Assembly (NCBI GenBank): GCA_001784435.1
Contig: MFQZ01000003.1
Location: 3,022 to 67,021 of the forward strand
Origin: Candidatus Magasanikbacteria bacterium RIFOXYC2_FULL_42_28
GTDB lineage: Bacteria; Patescibacteriota; Patescibacteriia; Magasanikbacterales; GWA2-37-8
Direction of reading: 5' to 3'
DNA length: 64,000 nt
The translations under genes were made by a program, and so were the position numbers. Each line of letters starts with the position of its first letter. Position 1 is the stretch's first letter. The notes under the pieces are model-generated. The model was not told the DNA's origin. It worked only from the letters and a program-made list of their open reading frames with translations, and did no database searches. Below, piece by piece: positions 18,981 through 27,893 of this stretch.

Positions 18981-20117
18981 ATGATTAAGAAAGAATATAT
19001 GCGAATTGGAATTGACGCGCGGATGTATGGCCCAAAACAAGGCGGACTCGGACGATACATTCAGCAACTAATTTTAAACTTGGAAAAAATTGATAGCGTT
19101 AACGAATACGTAATTTTTTTGCGTAAGGAAAATTGGGATGAATTTACGCCAACCGCGCCGAATTTTACGAAAAAATTAGCCGACATTCATTGGTACGGCT
19201 GGCGCGAACAACTGCTTTTACCAAAAATTTTAAATACTGCCAAAGTAGATTTAATGCATTTCCCCCATTGGAATGTGCCATTTTTTTATCGCCAGCCATT
19301 TGTCGCGACTATTCATGATTTATTGCTACTTCACTATCCCACTCGCGCCGCCAGCACTCTCGGACCGATTTCGTATTTCTTCAAAAATATTGCATTTAAA
19401 TTTATTTTAAACCACACTGCCAAATCTGCCAAACAAATTATTACGCCGTGCGAGTTTGTAAAAAACGATATTGTAAAAACGTTAAAAATAAATCCCGAAA
19501 AAATTGCCGTCACACTTTTAGCGCCGACGCTAAGCGTCGGCCATGGGACGTTAAGCGTCCCGCCCGATAACCTCCCCACCCAACCCTATGTTTTATACGT
19601 TGGCGTGGCCTTCCCCCACAAAAACCTGCCCGGTCTGATTCGCGCTTGGAAAATTTTTACAGAAAAATATGACAACAGTTATCGCTTAGTTTTAGTTGGT
19701 AAGGAAAATTATTTTTACAGACAACTTCAAAATCATCCCCTTGTTAAAGAATTGAAAAACAAACCAATTTTCACCGGCTTTGTGCCGGACGAACAGTTGG
19801 CGCATTTTTATCAAAACGCATCGCTGTATATTTTTCCGTCGCTCTACGAAGGATTTGGTGTGCCACCGCTGGAAGCAATGCAATATAATATTCCGGTCGC
19901 GTCCTCAAACCGCACCTGCCTGCCCGAAATTTTAAAAGACGCGGTGGTATATTTTGATCCGGAAAACTACGAAGCAATAGCCGAAACGATAAAACACGCG
20001 CTCACTGACGAAAATTTACGCAAAAATCTCATAATTAAAGGCCAAAATCTTCTCAAGAATTACTCTTGGGACGCGACTACCAAACAAACGCTCAAAATTT
20101 ACCAAAATTGGGGATAA
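18981..20117 (+). CDS. glycosyltransferase family 4 (GT-B) with an in-frame palindromic-repeat insertion
   Basis: Typical GT4 C-terminus FPSLYEGFGVPPLEAMQYNIPVASSNRTCLPEI. Nucleotides 19529-19562 (gacgctaagcgtcggccatgggacgttaagcgtcc) are two hairpin repeats that translate as PTLSVGHGTLSVP. Confidence 0.8.
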   Translation: MIKKEYMRIGIDARMYGPKQGGLGRYIQQLILNLEKIDSVNEYVIFLRKENWDEFTPTAPNFTKKLADIHWYGWREQLLLPKILNTAKVDLMHFPHWNVPFFYRQPFVATIHDLLLLHYPTRAASTLGPISYFFKNIAFKFILNHTAKSAKQIITPCEFVKNDIVKTLKINPEKIAVTLLAPTLSVGHGTLSVPPDNLPTQPYVLYVGVAFPHKNLPGLIRAWKIFTEKYDNSYRLVLVGKENYFYRQLQNHPLVKELKNKPIFTGFVPDEQLAHFYQNASLYIFPSLYEGFGVPPLEAMQYNIPVASSNRTCLPEILKDAVVYFDPENYEAIAETIKHALTDENLRKNLIIKGQNLLKNYSWDATTKQTLKIYQNWG

Positions 20118-20169
20118 CTTCCTGCCCAAACCAGCAAAAAAATGGTATAATACCGCTGTCAGAAATTCA

Positions 20170-22758
20170 TTGCTTGTCATGAAAAATTCTTCATTTAATA
20201 AAAAATCCGTGCAACGGCGTTGTTGCGGTGTTTGTGGCAAACATGGCCACAACAAATCTACCTGTTCCGGCTTCGCCTTGCGGGCTACGCCGGACAAGTC
20301 CGGCTTTGCTTTACGGGATACGCCGAGCGAGTCGATTTTAGAACCAGCAAAAATCATGCCGGCTAAATATTCTCCGGCTTTGCCAACTCCTAATCGTGGT
20401 ATTGGTTTTTTTGTTCATCATGTCAGTGGCGCGCCTCAAACTTCGGCGCACGTGGTAAATTTAAAAAATACTAAAACTGATGTTTGGGAAAAGGTACAAG
20501 CCATTGCCCCGGAACAAGACACCAATCTTTACCACCACTATCACGAAATTCCGACCGCGCCCCAACCGAACTTTTCCGTTCCTGTTAAAAAAACCATCAT
20601 AATCACCGATGAATTTGATCTGCCGGTATTGCAACAAACCGATGAAACGGTGATAGCGCCAAAACAGTCGCTGATAGAGCAAACAATCGCGTTTGCCCCG
20701 ACTCCCAAAAAACGCGACGTTTTGGCAGCTGATTTAAAAAATTACACTAACGCCAAATTAAATAACCTGCGCGCTAACGTCAAAAATTTAGCCAACAACA
20801 GTTTGTTTTGGAAACGTAGCGCCGCGATTATGACTGCCGTCCTGATTTTTGGCATTGCCCCCATTCCGGCGCAACAATACGCGCGCGGTTTAAAATTTTC
20901 CGTGGCGACCGTAGCCGAAAACAGTTTGGCCGGTTTTTCATCTTTACAAAAATCAGTTACCTCATTATTTTCCGCCAATACCGCCCAAGCTCAAACCGAT
21001 TTGGACAGCGCTCTCACCAGTTTTAATCTGGCCGTAGATACCATGCAAACCAAGCACCGATTTTTACAAACTTTGGCGCGCGCCCTACCGCTTGTCAACA
21101 CCGAATTTGAAAGTCGACAAAATATAATCTTGGCCGGCCAAAACATTGCTTTGGGGAATTCCCATTTACTTTCGGCTTACAACAATAGCAACGCCACCGC
21201 CTCCACCACTTTAACCGACCGCCTGAAAACAATTTCCATTGGCTTAAACTCCGCCCTGCCCAATTATCAATCCGCTTTAGAACTCTTAAAACCGGTCAAA
21301 GAAAATGTTTTACCGGAAGAATATCGCGCTGAATTTAATAAATTCAAGATATTGTTTAGCGCCCTGGTTGGTGATCTAGATAACCTCTCTAAATTAACCG
21401 ATCAGTTACCGGAAATTTTTGGTGGACAAGGATTACGACGCTATTTACTCGTGTTTCAAAATGAACACGAATTACGTCCGACCGGCGGATTTATGGGTAG
21501 TTTCGCCCTGCTGGAAGTAAAAGACGGTCAAATTATAAACATCGATGTCCCACCTAACGGCTCTTACGCCTTGCGTTACACGAGCGATGTATATTTGGAA
21601 CCACCGGCACCCCTACTTTTAATTAACAGCCGTTTTGAATTTCAGGATTCCAATTGGTATCCGGATTTCCCGGCTAACGCGCAAAAAGCGCTTTGGTTCT
21701 TCCGCCACAGCCGTGGTATTACGGCTGACGGCGTGATTGCCATTAACAGCAGTGTATTTGAAAAATTATTAAAAATTATCGGCCCGATTACCGACGATAA
21801 TCGCCAAGTGGTATTAGCGCACGATAGCGCTTTGGGCACGCTCCAAGCGATTGTGGAGACGGGCGCGGAGAAAAAAGAAGGACGCCCCAAACAAATCATC
21901 ACCGATTTAACACCAAAAATAATTGACGCGGTTTTAAAACCAAAGACCGACCAACTGTTGCCAATTTTATCAGGTCTGCAAAATTCTCTGAAAGAAAAGC
22001 AGATCCAAGCATATTTTACGGATGAAAAAGCGCAAAGCGCGATTACCGAATACGGCTGGGGCGGAGAAATTTTGCCAACCGACGGCAATCAGGATTATTT
22101 ATTTGTGGTAAATACCAACATCCACGGTGAAAAAAGCGACGCGCGCATGATCCAAACGGTGAGTCATGAAGCCAAGATTGACGACGTTGGTACCATAACC
22201 AATACCGTCGTCATCACTCGTACTCATACCGGCACACGTGGTGAAAAATTTTATGGCGTCGATAATATTGATTACTTGCGTATATATGTTCCGGCGGAAA
22301 GCGAGCTCGTCAGCGCCCAAGGGTTTACTTGGCCGGAAGAAGAACAATTTTTTGCGCCCACGCCCGGAGCTACTATCGACACCGATTTAATTAAAAAAGA
22401 AAAAGAAATTAAATTTGACCAAAGAAGTGGCACTAGAATTACCGAAGAATTTGGCAAAACCGCTTTTGGCAATTGGCTCATTACTGAACCCGGACAAACC
22501 ACGCAAGCCACTTTTATATATCATTTGCCATTTAAAGTGAACCCAGCGGAAAACGGTGGTTTGGCTAATTATCAACTGATAGTCCAAAAACAAAGCGGTA
22601 TTAACAGCACTTTTGACAGCCAAATTATCACCCCTGATTCAGTAGAACCAAAATGGGCCGACGGTGTGGGTACGATCTTGGCATCCAACGGAGTGCGCGT
22701 GGAACCACTGACGCTTGATACCAACAAAATTTGGAGTTTAGTAATGAAAAAACGCTAA
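20170..22758 (+). CDS. large envelope-associated protein, DUF4012-like, with N-terminal CCHC zinc knuckle and a single TM segment
   Basis: N-terminus CCGVCGKHGHNKSTC (exact C-x2-C-x4-H-x4-C). Tandem GFALR(A/D)TP peptide repeat encoded by a palindromic DNA repeat (20262-20335). TM segment AAIMTAVLIFGIAPI, then an ~600-aa extracytoplasmic domain (RYLLVFQNEHELRPTGGFMGSFALLEV...). Lies inside the glycosylation cluster. Confidence 0.45.
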   Translation: MLVMKNSSFNKKSVQRRCCGVCGKHGHNKSTCSGFALRATPDKSGFALRDTPSESILEPAKIMPAKYSPALPTPNRGIGFFVHHVSGAPQTSAHVVNLKNTKTDVWEKVQAIAPEQDTNLYHHYHEIPTAPQPNFSVPVKKTIIITDEFDLPVLQQTDETVIAPKQSLIEQTIAFAPTPKKRDVLAADLKNYTNAKLNNLRANVKNLANNSLFWKRSAAIMTAVLIFGIAPIPAQQYARGLKFSVATVAENSLAGFSSLQKSVTSLFSANTAQAQTDLDSALTSFNLAVDTMQTKHRFLQTLARALPLVNTEFESRQNIILAGQNIALGNSHLLSAYNNSNATASTTLTDRLKTISIGLNSALPNYQSALELLKPVKENVLPEEYRAEFNKFKILFSALVGDLDNLSKLTDQLPEIFGGQGLRRYLLVFQNEHELRPTGGFMGSFALLEVKDGQIINIDVPPNGSYALRYTSDVYLEPPAPLLLINSRFEFQDSNWYPDFPANAQKALWFFRHSRGITADGVIAINSSVFEKLLKIIGPITDDNRQVVLAHDSALGTLQAIVETGAEKKEGRPKQIITDLTPKIIDAVLKPKTDQLLPILSGLQNSLKEKQIQAYFTDEKAQSAITEYGWGGEILPTDGNQDYLFVVNTNIHGEKSDARMIQTVSHEAKIDDVGTITNTVVITRTHTGTRGEKFYGVDNIDYLRIYVPAESELVSAQGFTWPEEEQFFAPTPGATIDTDLIKKEKEIKFDQRSGTRITEEFGKTAFGNWLITEPGQTTQATFIYHLPFKVNPAENGGLANYQLIVQKQSGINSTFDSQIITPDSVEPKWADGVGTILASNGVRVEPLTLDTNKIWSLVMKKR

Positions 22759-22826
22759 ATCTTAATCTAAAAAATAAGTTCCCGCCACAAGCGGGTCCGC
22801 CTCTGGCGGATAATTATAAAATTTTT

Positions 22827-24695
22827 ATGTCAGACACTCCTGAATTTTCCGTCAAACCGTTGGAAGAGGAAGAAAAACCCAAACGCCGTCGCGCCGTGCC
22901 ACGCCGTAAAACCGTTAAAAAAAGTCCACTGGAAAGCGACTTGGCTATGGCCCGGCATTTGGATGCGATTTACAAAGATGAAAACGGCGACATGCCGGAC
23001 ATGAAAAAAATTGACGTTAAAAAAGGAGGAAAATTTTTCCGCCGGGTATTTGTTTTTCTGATTATGCTGGGACTGCTCGCGGCCGCGGCCTGGGCCGGAT
23101 TTTTTATGATGCCTTCGGCGCAAAAACCGGTGTCTGACCAAGTTACTTTAAAAATTACCGGACCGGAAGACGCGGAGTTGGGTGCGACTACCACTATTAC
23201 CATTACTTACGAAAACAACCAACGCGTAGCCTTGAATAACGTGGTGCTAACTATGCGCTACCCCGAGGGCTTTATGGTACTGGCAAGCGATGTGCCGGCC
23301 GAAAACCCGACTTTCACCGAATGGCAACTAAATTCACTGCCCGCCCGCCAAACAGGCGAGGTGATTATCACCGGCAAAATGTACGGCTCGCCCGATACGG
23401 TGATGGCCTGGCGCGCGTTTTTAAACTACCGCCCGACGAATTTCCAATCCGATCTGCAAACCATGGCCACTTTCGAAAATAAAATTACCCGCTCTCCTTA
23501 CACTCTAAAACTGGCCGGTCCGGATAAAATAGGCGCGGGCAAAGAAGCCAATTTTACCGCCACCTTAGAAAACGCCGGCACCGAATGGCTTAACGGCTTA
23601 ACAGTGGTGCCAATCTTTCCGGCAAATTTCCGCTTGTCTTCGTCCACACCTACTCTTACCAAAACCGCTTGGGTGATAACACCGGGCACGAGCACACAAT
23701 CGGAAATTAAATTCAGCGGACAATTTTCCGAAAACGCTGACCCGCTTGCTAAAATAAAATTACAAGTAATCTGGACGGACGCGGCCGGCGAGCGCCATCT
23801 AATTGCTGAAAATGAATTCGGCGCGGAACTAATCAAAAATTCGCTTTCCGCAAGTTTGGCGGTTAACGGCACTTTAACCAAAGCCGCCAGTTTCCCCGGC
23901 GATATGTTAAACGCCACCATTGTTTTGAAAAATGGCAGTGATAGTGATATGACTAAAATGTCGGTAAAATTAAAATTTGACGCGCCCAGTTATGGCAAAG
24001 TTAGCGTGCTAAATTGGGCGGATTCGGAAGAAAAATTTAATGGCGTAATCAAAGGCACACAAGTGTCTGACACCGTTAGACGCGGGGAAATTGTTTGGGA
24101 TGGCAGTAAAATTCCGGAACTGAAAAAATTAGTTGTTGGCAAAGAAATAACCTGGGACATGCAATTGCCGGTTAAAGATACTAAAACCGCCGACTGGGAA
24201 GCAGTCAAAGAATTTTTGGCCACCGGAGTGGTAGAGGTAACTTTTACGGATAAAAACAATATCACCCAAACACTAACAAGTAATCAAATTGAAATTATTT
24301 TCAATTCCGACCTCAAAGCCGAGGTACGCGACGAAATAAAAACCGGCGCGACCGGCAATGACGAACACGCCATCAGCTGGGTAATAACCAACACCTTGCA
24401 CCCGCTTAAAAATGTTACGTTATCAGCCGACATTTACGGCGACGTAGAAGTAAAATTACCCGCCACCCCACCCGCCGGTAAATTGGATTACGACAGCGTC
24501 GCTAAACATTTAACCTGGACCATTGACGAGATGACGGTTAATACTGATGTGCTCGCCTTGCCGTTCACGGTCGTGCTCAAAACCAAAAATCCCACCCAAA
24601 ATGTGCTCGTTTCCAAAGTGCGCGTGCAGGCGTTAGATAATGTTACCGGTGAACAACTAAATTTGATGGCGGATGAAATTGGGCTGACACAATAA
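22827..24695 (+). CDS. membrane-anchored surface protein with repeated beta-sandwich (DUF11/CARDB-like) domains
   Basis: The ORF track starts at 22731, overlapping the previous gene; the ATG at 22827 (MSDTPEF...) is more plausible. Lys/Arg-rich cytoplasmic tail, TM segment FVFLIMLGLLAAAAWAGFFMM, then repeated ~100-aa modules (VTLKITGPEDAELGATTTITITYENN...; ANFTATLENAGTEWLNGLTVVP...). Confidence 0.45.
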   Translation: MSDTPEFSVKPLEEEEKPKRRRAVPRRKTVKKSPLESDLAMARHLDAIYKDENGDMPDMKKIDVKKGGKFFRRVFVFLIMLGLLAAAAWAGFFMMPSAQKPVSDQVTLKITGPEDAELGATTTITITYENNQRVALNNVVLTMRYPEGFMVLASDVPAENPTFTEWQLNSLPARQTGEVIITGKMYGSPDTVMAWRAFLNYRPTNFQSDLQTMATFENKITRSPYTLKLAGPDKIGAGKEANFTATLENAGTEWLNGLTVVPIFPANFRLSSSTPTLTKTAWVITPGTSTQSEIKFSGQFSENADPLAKIKLQVIWTDAAGERHLIAENEFGAELIKNSLSASLAVNGTLTKAASFPGDMLNATIVLKNGSDSDMTKMSVKLKFDAPSYGKVSVLNWADSEEKFNGVIKGTQVSDTVRRGEIVWDGSKIPELKKLVVGKEITWDMQLPVKDTKTADWEAVKEFLATGVVEVTFTDKNNITQTLTSNQIEIIFNSDLKAEVRDEIKTGATGNDEHAISWVITNTLHPLKNVTLSADIYGDVEVKLPATPPAGKLDYDSVAKHLTWTIDEMTVNTDVLALPFTVVLKTKNPTQNVLVSKVRVQALDNVTGEQLNLMADEIGLTQ

Positions 24696-24708
24696 TCCAT
24701 CAATAACA

Positions 24709-24745
24709 AAAAATTCTCGATCATGCATCGAGAATTTTTTTAATG
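24709..24745. terminator. bidirectional rho-independent terminator between convergent genes
   Basis: aaaaaattctcgatcatgcatcgagaattttttta: A-run, a stem of about 10 bp, then a T-run. Confidence 0.55.
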
Positions 24746-24779
24746 TCAAATTTCCAATTTCTCCGCCAAAGGCGGATCG

Positions 24780-24890
24780 GCCTGTGGTGGACAATGTCAA
24801 ACCAAATCCAAAGTTCAAATTACAAATTTGATATTTTGATTTTGACATTGATTTGACATTGCCCATTTTGATTTTGAAATTTAAGAATTT
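24780..24890. repeat. AT-rich intergenic repeat block containing TTTGACATTGATTTGACATTG (same 21-mer as at ~60267)
   Basis: ttgattttgacattgatttgacattgcccattttgattttgaaa. Related ttttgattttga motifs occur at 15150-15280, 34183-34223 (reverse complement), 37668-37700 and 45180-45213. Confidence 0.45.
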
Positions 24891-25885
24891 TAATAATTCA
24901 AAAAAACACCAACTAAATCTCCCGCCATCCTGTTATCATTCCGCTCTACCCAATTTATCCTCTGATCACGCTTAAACCAAGTCAGCTGCCGTTTGGCATA
25001 ACGCCGTGTATCGCGTTTTAAAATTTCGATCACTTCGTCCAGCGTCATCTCGCCCCGCAAATAATACCCCATCTGCCGATACCCAATTCCGCTCATACTC
25101 GGCAACGCCCATATGTCATTGCGAGCGAAGCGCGGCAATCTCTCACTGTCATCCTGAACTCCATGCGATGCCGCATGGCTATCGTGTTTCAGGATCTCTC
25201 GCACTAACCCCTCCGTCTCCCCCACCAACCCATCTTTTATTTGCTCGTCCACCCGCGCGTTAATCCGTTCATACAATTCTTCTCGCGGCCAATTCAATCC
25301 AATCTGTAAACAATCATACAGCTGTTTACCTTTTTTCTGCTGTTTTACAAACGACTCCCCCGCCAAAGCCACTTCCACCGCCCGCAATACCCGTCGCGGA
25401 TTTTTTAAATCAATTACCTCGGCACTATCTGGGTCTTTGGTACGCAACATTTTTACCATTTCCGTTAATGATAATTTTTCTAATTCTTTTCGCAAAGTTT
25501 TATCCGGCACCACTTTGGGGATATCCAAATTATCAATCACCGCCCAAAAATACAACCCCGTTCCGCCCACCAAAATCGGCAACTTCCCCCGCGCCAAAAT
25601 ATCGTCAATGGCATTGATGGCGTCCGCCTTAAAATCCGCCAAACTATAATCTTGGTCAGGGTCAACGGTATTTATCAGATGGTGTGAGATCCCTTCTACT
25701 ATATATACCCCGTTCCCAGGACTTCCTGGTGGCTTAGCAGTGCCAATGTCCATGTTTTTATATATCTGCCGAGAATCAAAACTCACCACTTCCCCGTTAA
25801 ATTTCTTAGCCAAAAAAATACCAACATCGGTTTTTCCCGAAGCTGTTGGCCCTAAAATGGCAATAATTTTTGGTAATTTGGACAT
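24890..25885 (-). CDS. miaA: tRNA dimethylallyltransferase (MiaA) carrying an in-frame insertion of a palindromic repeat element
   Basis: N-terminal P-loop MSKLPKIIAILGPTASGKTDVGIFLAKKFNGEVVSFDSRQIYKNMDIGTAKP. Near the C-terminus the repeat 25115-25205 translates as ...HGVQDDSERLPRFARNDIWALPSMSGI (LPRFARND is the peptide signature of this repeat). The MiaA sequence resumes afterwards (GYRQMGYYLRGEMTLDEVIE). Confidence 0.85.
   Translation of the reverse strand: MSKLPKIIAILGPTASGKTDVGIFLAKKFNGEVVSFDSRQIYKNMDIGTAKPPGSPGNGVYIVEGISHHLINTVDPDQDYSLADFKADAINAIDDILARGKLPILVGGTGLYFWAVIDNLDIPKVVPDKTLRKELEKLSLTEMVKMLRTKDPDSAEVIDLKNPRRVLRAVEVALAGESFVKQQKKGKQLYDCLQIGLNWPREELYERINARVDEQIKDGLVGETEGLVREILKHDSHAASHGVQDDSERLPRFARNDIWALPSMSGIGYRQMGYYLRGEMTLDEVIEILKRDTRRYAKRQLTWFKRDQRINWVERNDNRMAGDLVGVFLNY
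25115..25205. repeat. composite palindromic repeat element (GTCATTGCGAGCGAAGCGCGGCAATCTC unit + GTCATCC...GGATCTCTC unit) inside miaA
   Basis: gtcattgcgagcgaagcgcggcaatctctcactgtcatcctgaactccatgcgatgccgcatggctatcgtgtttcaggatctctcgc. The same unit types occur in intergenic DNA at 11996, 13684, 10067, 41375 and 45123. Confidence 0.65.
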
Positions 25886-26003
25886 ATTTTACGCTTGCCT
25901 CTTGAGTATTTTGGTGATAATATACTATATATTAAGTTAATAATCAACAGGTTCGCATATACATACGTTAGGCGAAATAATAAATTTTTTTTATACTAAA
26001 CCT

Positions 26004-26459
26004 ATGAAAAAAGAATCATCCCAGCCAGAGCCAACCAAAATTAACCATCACCGGTATGAAATTGATTCTGCCGACTTTATTCCTGCCGGTACTTTCTATG
26101 CAGAGGGTAATGATGAATTAACACGAGAAAGAATTCTAGCAATTCAACTTGTGGAAGAAATAGGCAATCAACTCGCCATTGAACATCCTGAAATTAATGA
26201 AATATACAAAAATCCTTCTCTTCGTTTGATTGATATTGCTTACCAATTTTTCCCAAGAGAATATGTAGATCAATTCCCGGAGGTTTGCAATAAAGCCGTT
26301 GGTTATGCAATCAGACAACTAAATACTGCCGAAGAACAAGCTGAATTAACACGCCAACACAGACAACATATCGCCGCATTAAATTTTAATTTAGGAAGTG
26401 CGGAATTTATTGCGCAGTGTAAAGAAGCGGCAAAAAAAGGCATGAGATGCACGGTGTAG
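26004..26459 (+). CDS. hypothetical protein (151 aa)
   Basis: ORF with a plausible upstream AT-rich promoter; no family recognised. Confidence 0.35.
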   Translation: MKKESSQPEPTKINHHRYEIDSADFIPAGTFYAEGNDELTRERILAIQLVEEIGNQLAIEHPEINEIYKNPSLRLIDIAYQFFPREYVDQFPEVCNKAVGYAIRQLNTAEEQAELTRQHRQHIAALNFNLGSAEFIAQCKEAAKKGMRCTV

Positions 26460-26698
26460 ATACAGAAGCTATGATCCGTGGTCGCGGAAGAGAACCTTGG
26501 AGTTTATCCGAAAAAGTATTGGTTAATGATTTGGTTATAAATCCCAATTTCCAGCATCAAAGCGGTTCCATAAAAGGAACTCCTGACCATAAAAAGATCG
26601 CAGACGAACTGAATCGATTATTTCATGACGATCAAAAAATTAGAACAAGTAATTCGGTTGGCTCTTTAGTTAGTGACATAAGAAGGAAAAAAAGATAA
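26447..26698 (+). CDS. hypothetical protein (83 aa), overlaps the previous ORF by 13 nt
   Basis: ORF only. Confidence 0.3.
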   Translation: MHGVDTEAMIRGRGREPWSLSEKVLVNDLVINPNFQHQSGSIKGTPDHKKIADELNRLFHDDQKIRTSNSVGSLVSDIRRKKR

Positions 26699-26786
26699 AA
26701 ATTAAGGAAGTCGGCGAAACTTCTCATACACGCGACCCAATGGATGGAATTGGCCTTGGACCGCTTTCGCTTTTTTCGGTGTCGTC

Positions 26787-27020
26787 TTGTTTAGCGCCGG
26801 TCTCGCGCATGAACTTGCGGAAAAGTACGCCAAGATGGTGGTAATCGGCGGTTTTGTCTTCGGCGAGATGGTTGCTGGTGGCGTAATAGCAACATTGCGG
26901 TATCTAAACCCAAATGACGATGCGGCGGGAGTTGTTATCATTACCTCCCTTATCTCCGGATTATTTTTTGCGTTTGTGGGATATTTAATTCAGAAATATC
27001 TTGGAAAGAAGCGGAATTGA
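26787..27020 (+). CDS. small hydrophobic protein (about 2 TM)
   Basis: TTG-initiated ORF with two hydrophobic helices. An overlapping antisense ORF (26702..26941) is less plausible. Confidence 0.3.
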   Translation: MFSAGLAHELAEKYAKMVVIGGFVFGEMVAGGVIATLRYLNPNDDAAGVVIITSLISGLFFAFVGYLIQKYLGKKRN

Positions 27021-27063
27021 AATAATATTTTTTAAACAATAGCTTAAATTCTAACAAAAACAT

Positions 27064-27354
27064 ATGGATATCATCATTAGGCACTTAATCTTTTTCTCGG
27101 TCGGCGTTTTTCAGGACATTTTAATTACCTACTACTACCAAACTATCGCCAAGGAATACGCTTGGCGAGCGGCGTTTTTCTCAACGATTGTGACGCTTTT
27201 GAACTTATTAATTTTATACGAAATATTAGCGGGAATTGAAGACCAAATATTTACTATAATTTTGGCCTATGCTGTCGGCAACGGCGTAGGAACGAGTTTG
27301 GTAATTAAAAAACACCAAATCCTAAAACTTTTTTATAAAAAAACCGGACGCTAA
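27064..27354 (+). CDS. small membrane protein (96 aa, 2-3 TM)
   Basis: Hydrophobic ORF only. Confidence 0.35.
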   Translation: MDIIIRHLIFFSVGVFQDILITYYYQTIAKEYAWRAAFFSTIVTLLNLLILYEILAGIEDQIFTIILAYAVGNGVGTSLVIKKHQILKLFYKKTGR

Positions 27355-27366
27355 TTTTAAAATCCC

Positions 27367-27885
27367 ATGAAAAAGCAATATCTCCTTTTGGCCGCGGTCA
27401 CTATCGACGGCAAAATTGCCAAAAACAGCGGACACCTATCCACGCGTTGGACCAGTGACGAAGACAAAAATCATTTACACGCCATTTTGGATAAAAGCGA
27501 TTTGGTTGTCGTCGGCAATAATACTTACAAAACTGCTTACCGACCTTTGCGCCAACGCAATTGCGTGGTGTTTACGCGTTCGGTAAAAACCACTGCCCAA
27601 AAAAATGCCAAATGTTTATACTTAAACCCGAGCGCGGTTGATATAAAAAAATGGCTGGCCCAAAGTCCATACAAAAAAATCGCAATTTTGGGCGGAACCG
27701 CCACTTATAATTTATTTTTAGAAAAAAAATTAATTAGCGATATTTACTTAACCATTGAACCGGTAATTTTTGGTACCGGTTTGGGATTATTTGATACCAA
27801 CTTAAAAAATTTCCAACGGTTTAAACTTTTATCAATAAAAAAATTGAACCGACGCGGTTCAATTCTGCTCCACTACACAGCTTAA
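27367..27885 (+). CDS. dihydrofolate reductase-family protein (RibD C-terminal domain type)
   Basis: LLAAVTIDGKIAKNSG...W.SDEDKNHLHAILDKSDLVVVGNNTYKT...RNCVVFTRS matches the RibD_C / DHFR-like reductase pattern. Confidence 0.6.
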   Translation: MKKQYLLLAAVTIDGKIAKNSGHLSTRWTSDEDKNHLHAILDKSDLVVVGNNTYKTAYRPLRQRNCVVFTRSVKTTAQKNAKCLYLNPSAVDIKKWLAQSPYKKIAILGGTATYNLFLEKKLISDIYLTIEPVIFGTGLGLFDTNLKNFQRFKLLSIKKLNRRGSILLHYTA

Positions 27886-27893
27886 CGCCGTGC

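Noticed and set aside
22731-22826. N-terminal 32 codons of ORF 22731..24695 (MEFSNEKTLNLNLKNKFPPQAGPPLADNYKIF)
   Set aside because: They overlap the 3' end of the preceding gene (20170..22758). The ATG at 22827 followed by a basic cytoplasmic tail and a TM segment is a more credible start.
24780-24890. Possible CRISPR array suggested by repeated ttgacattga / ttttgatttt units (also at 60180-60305 and 15150-15280)
   Set aside because: The units are irregular and AT-rich with no unique spacers of constant length. They are low-complexity promoter-like repeats, not a CRISPR.
26702-26941. Minus-strand ORF 26702..26941 (79 aa, Pro/Thr/Ala-rich)
   Set aside because: It is antisense to a hydrophobic two-helix ORF on the plus strand, in a locally GC-richer stretch. 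Its low-complexity composition and lack of a start context argue against it.
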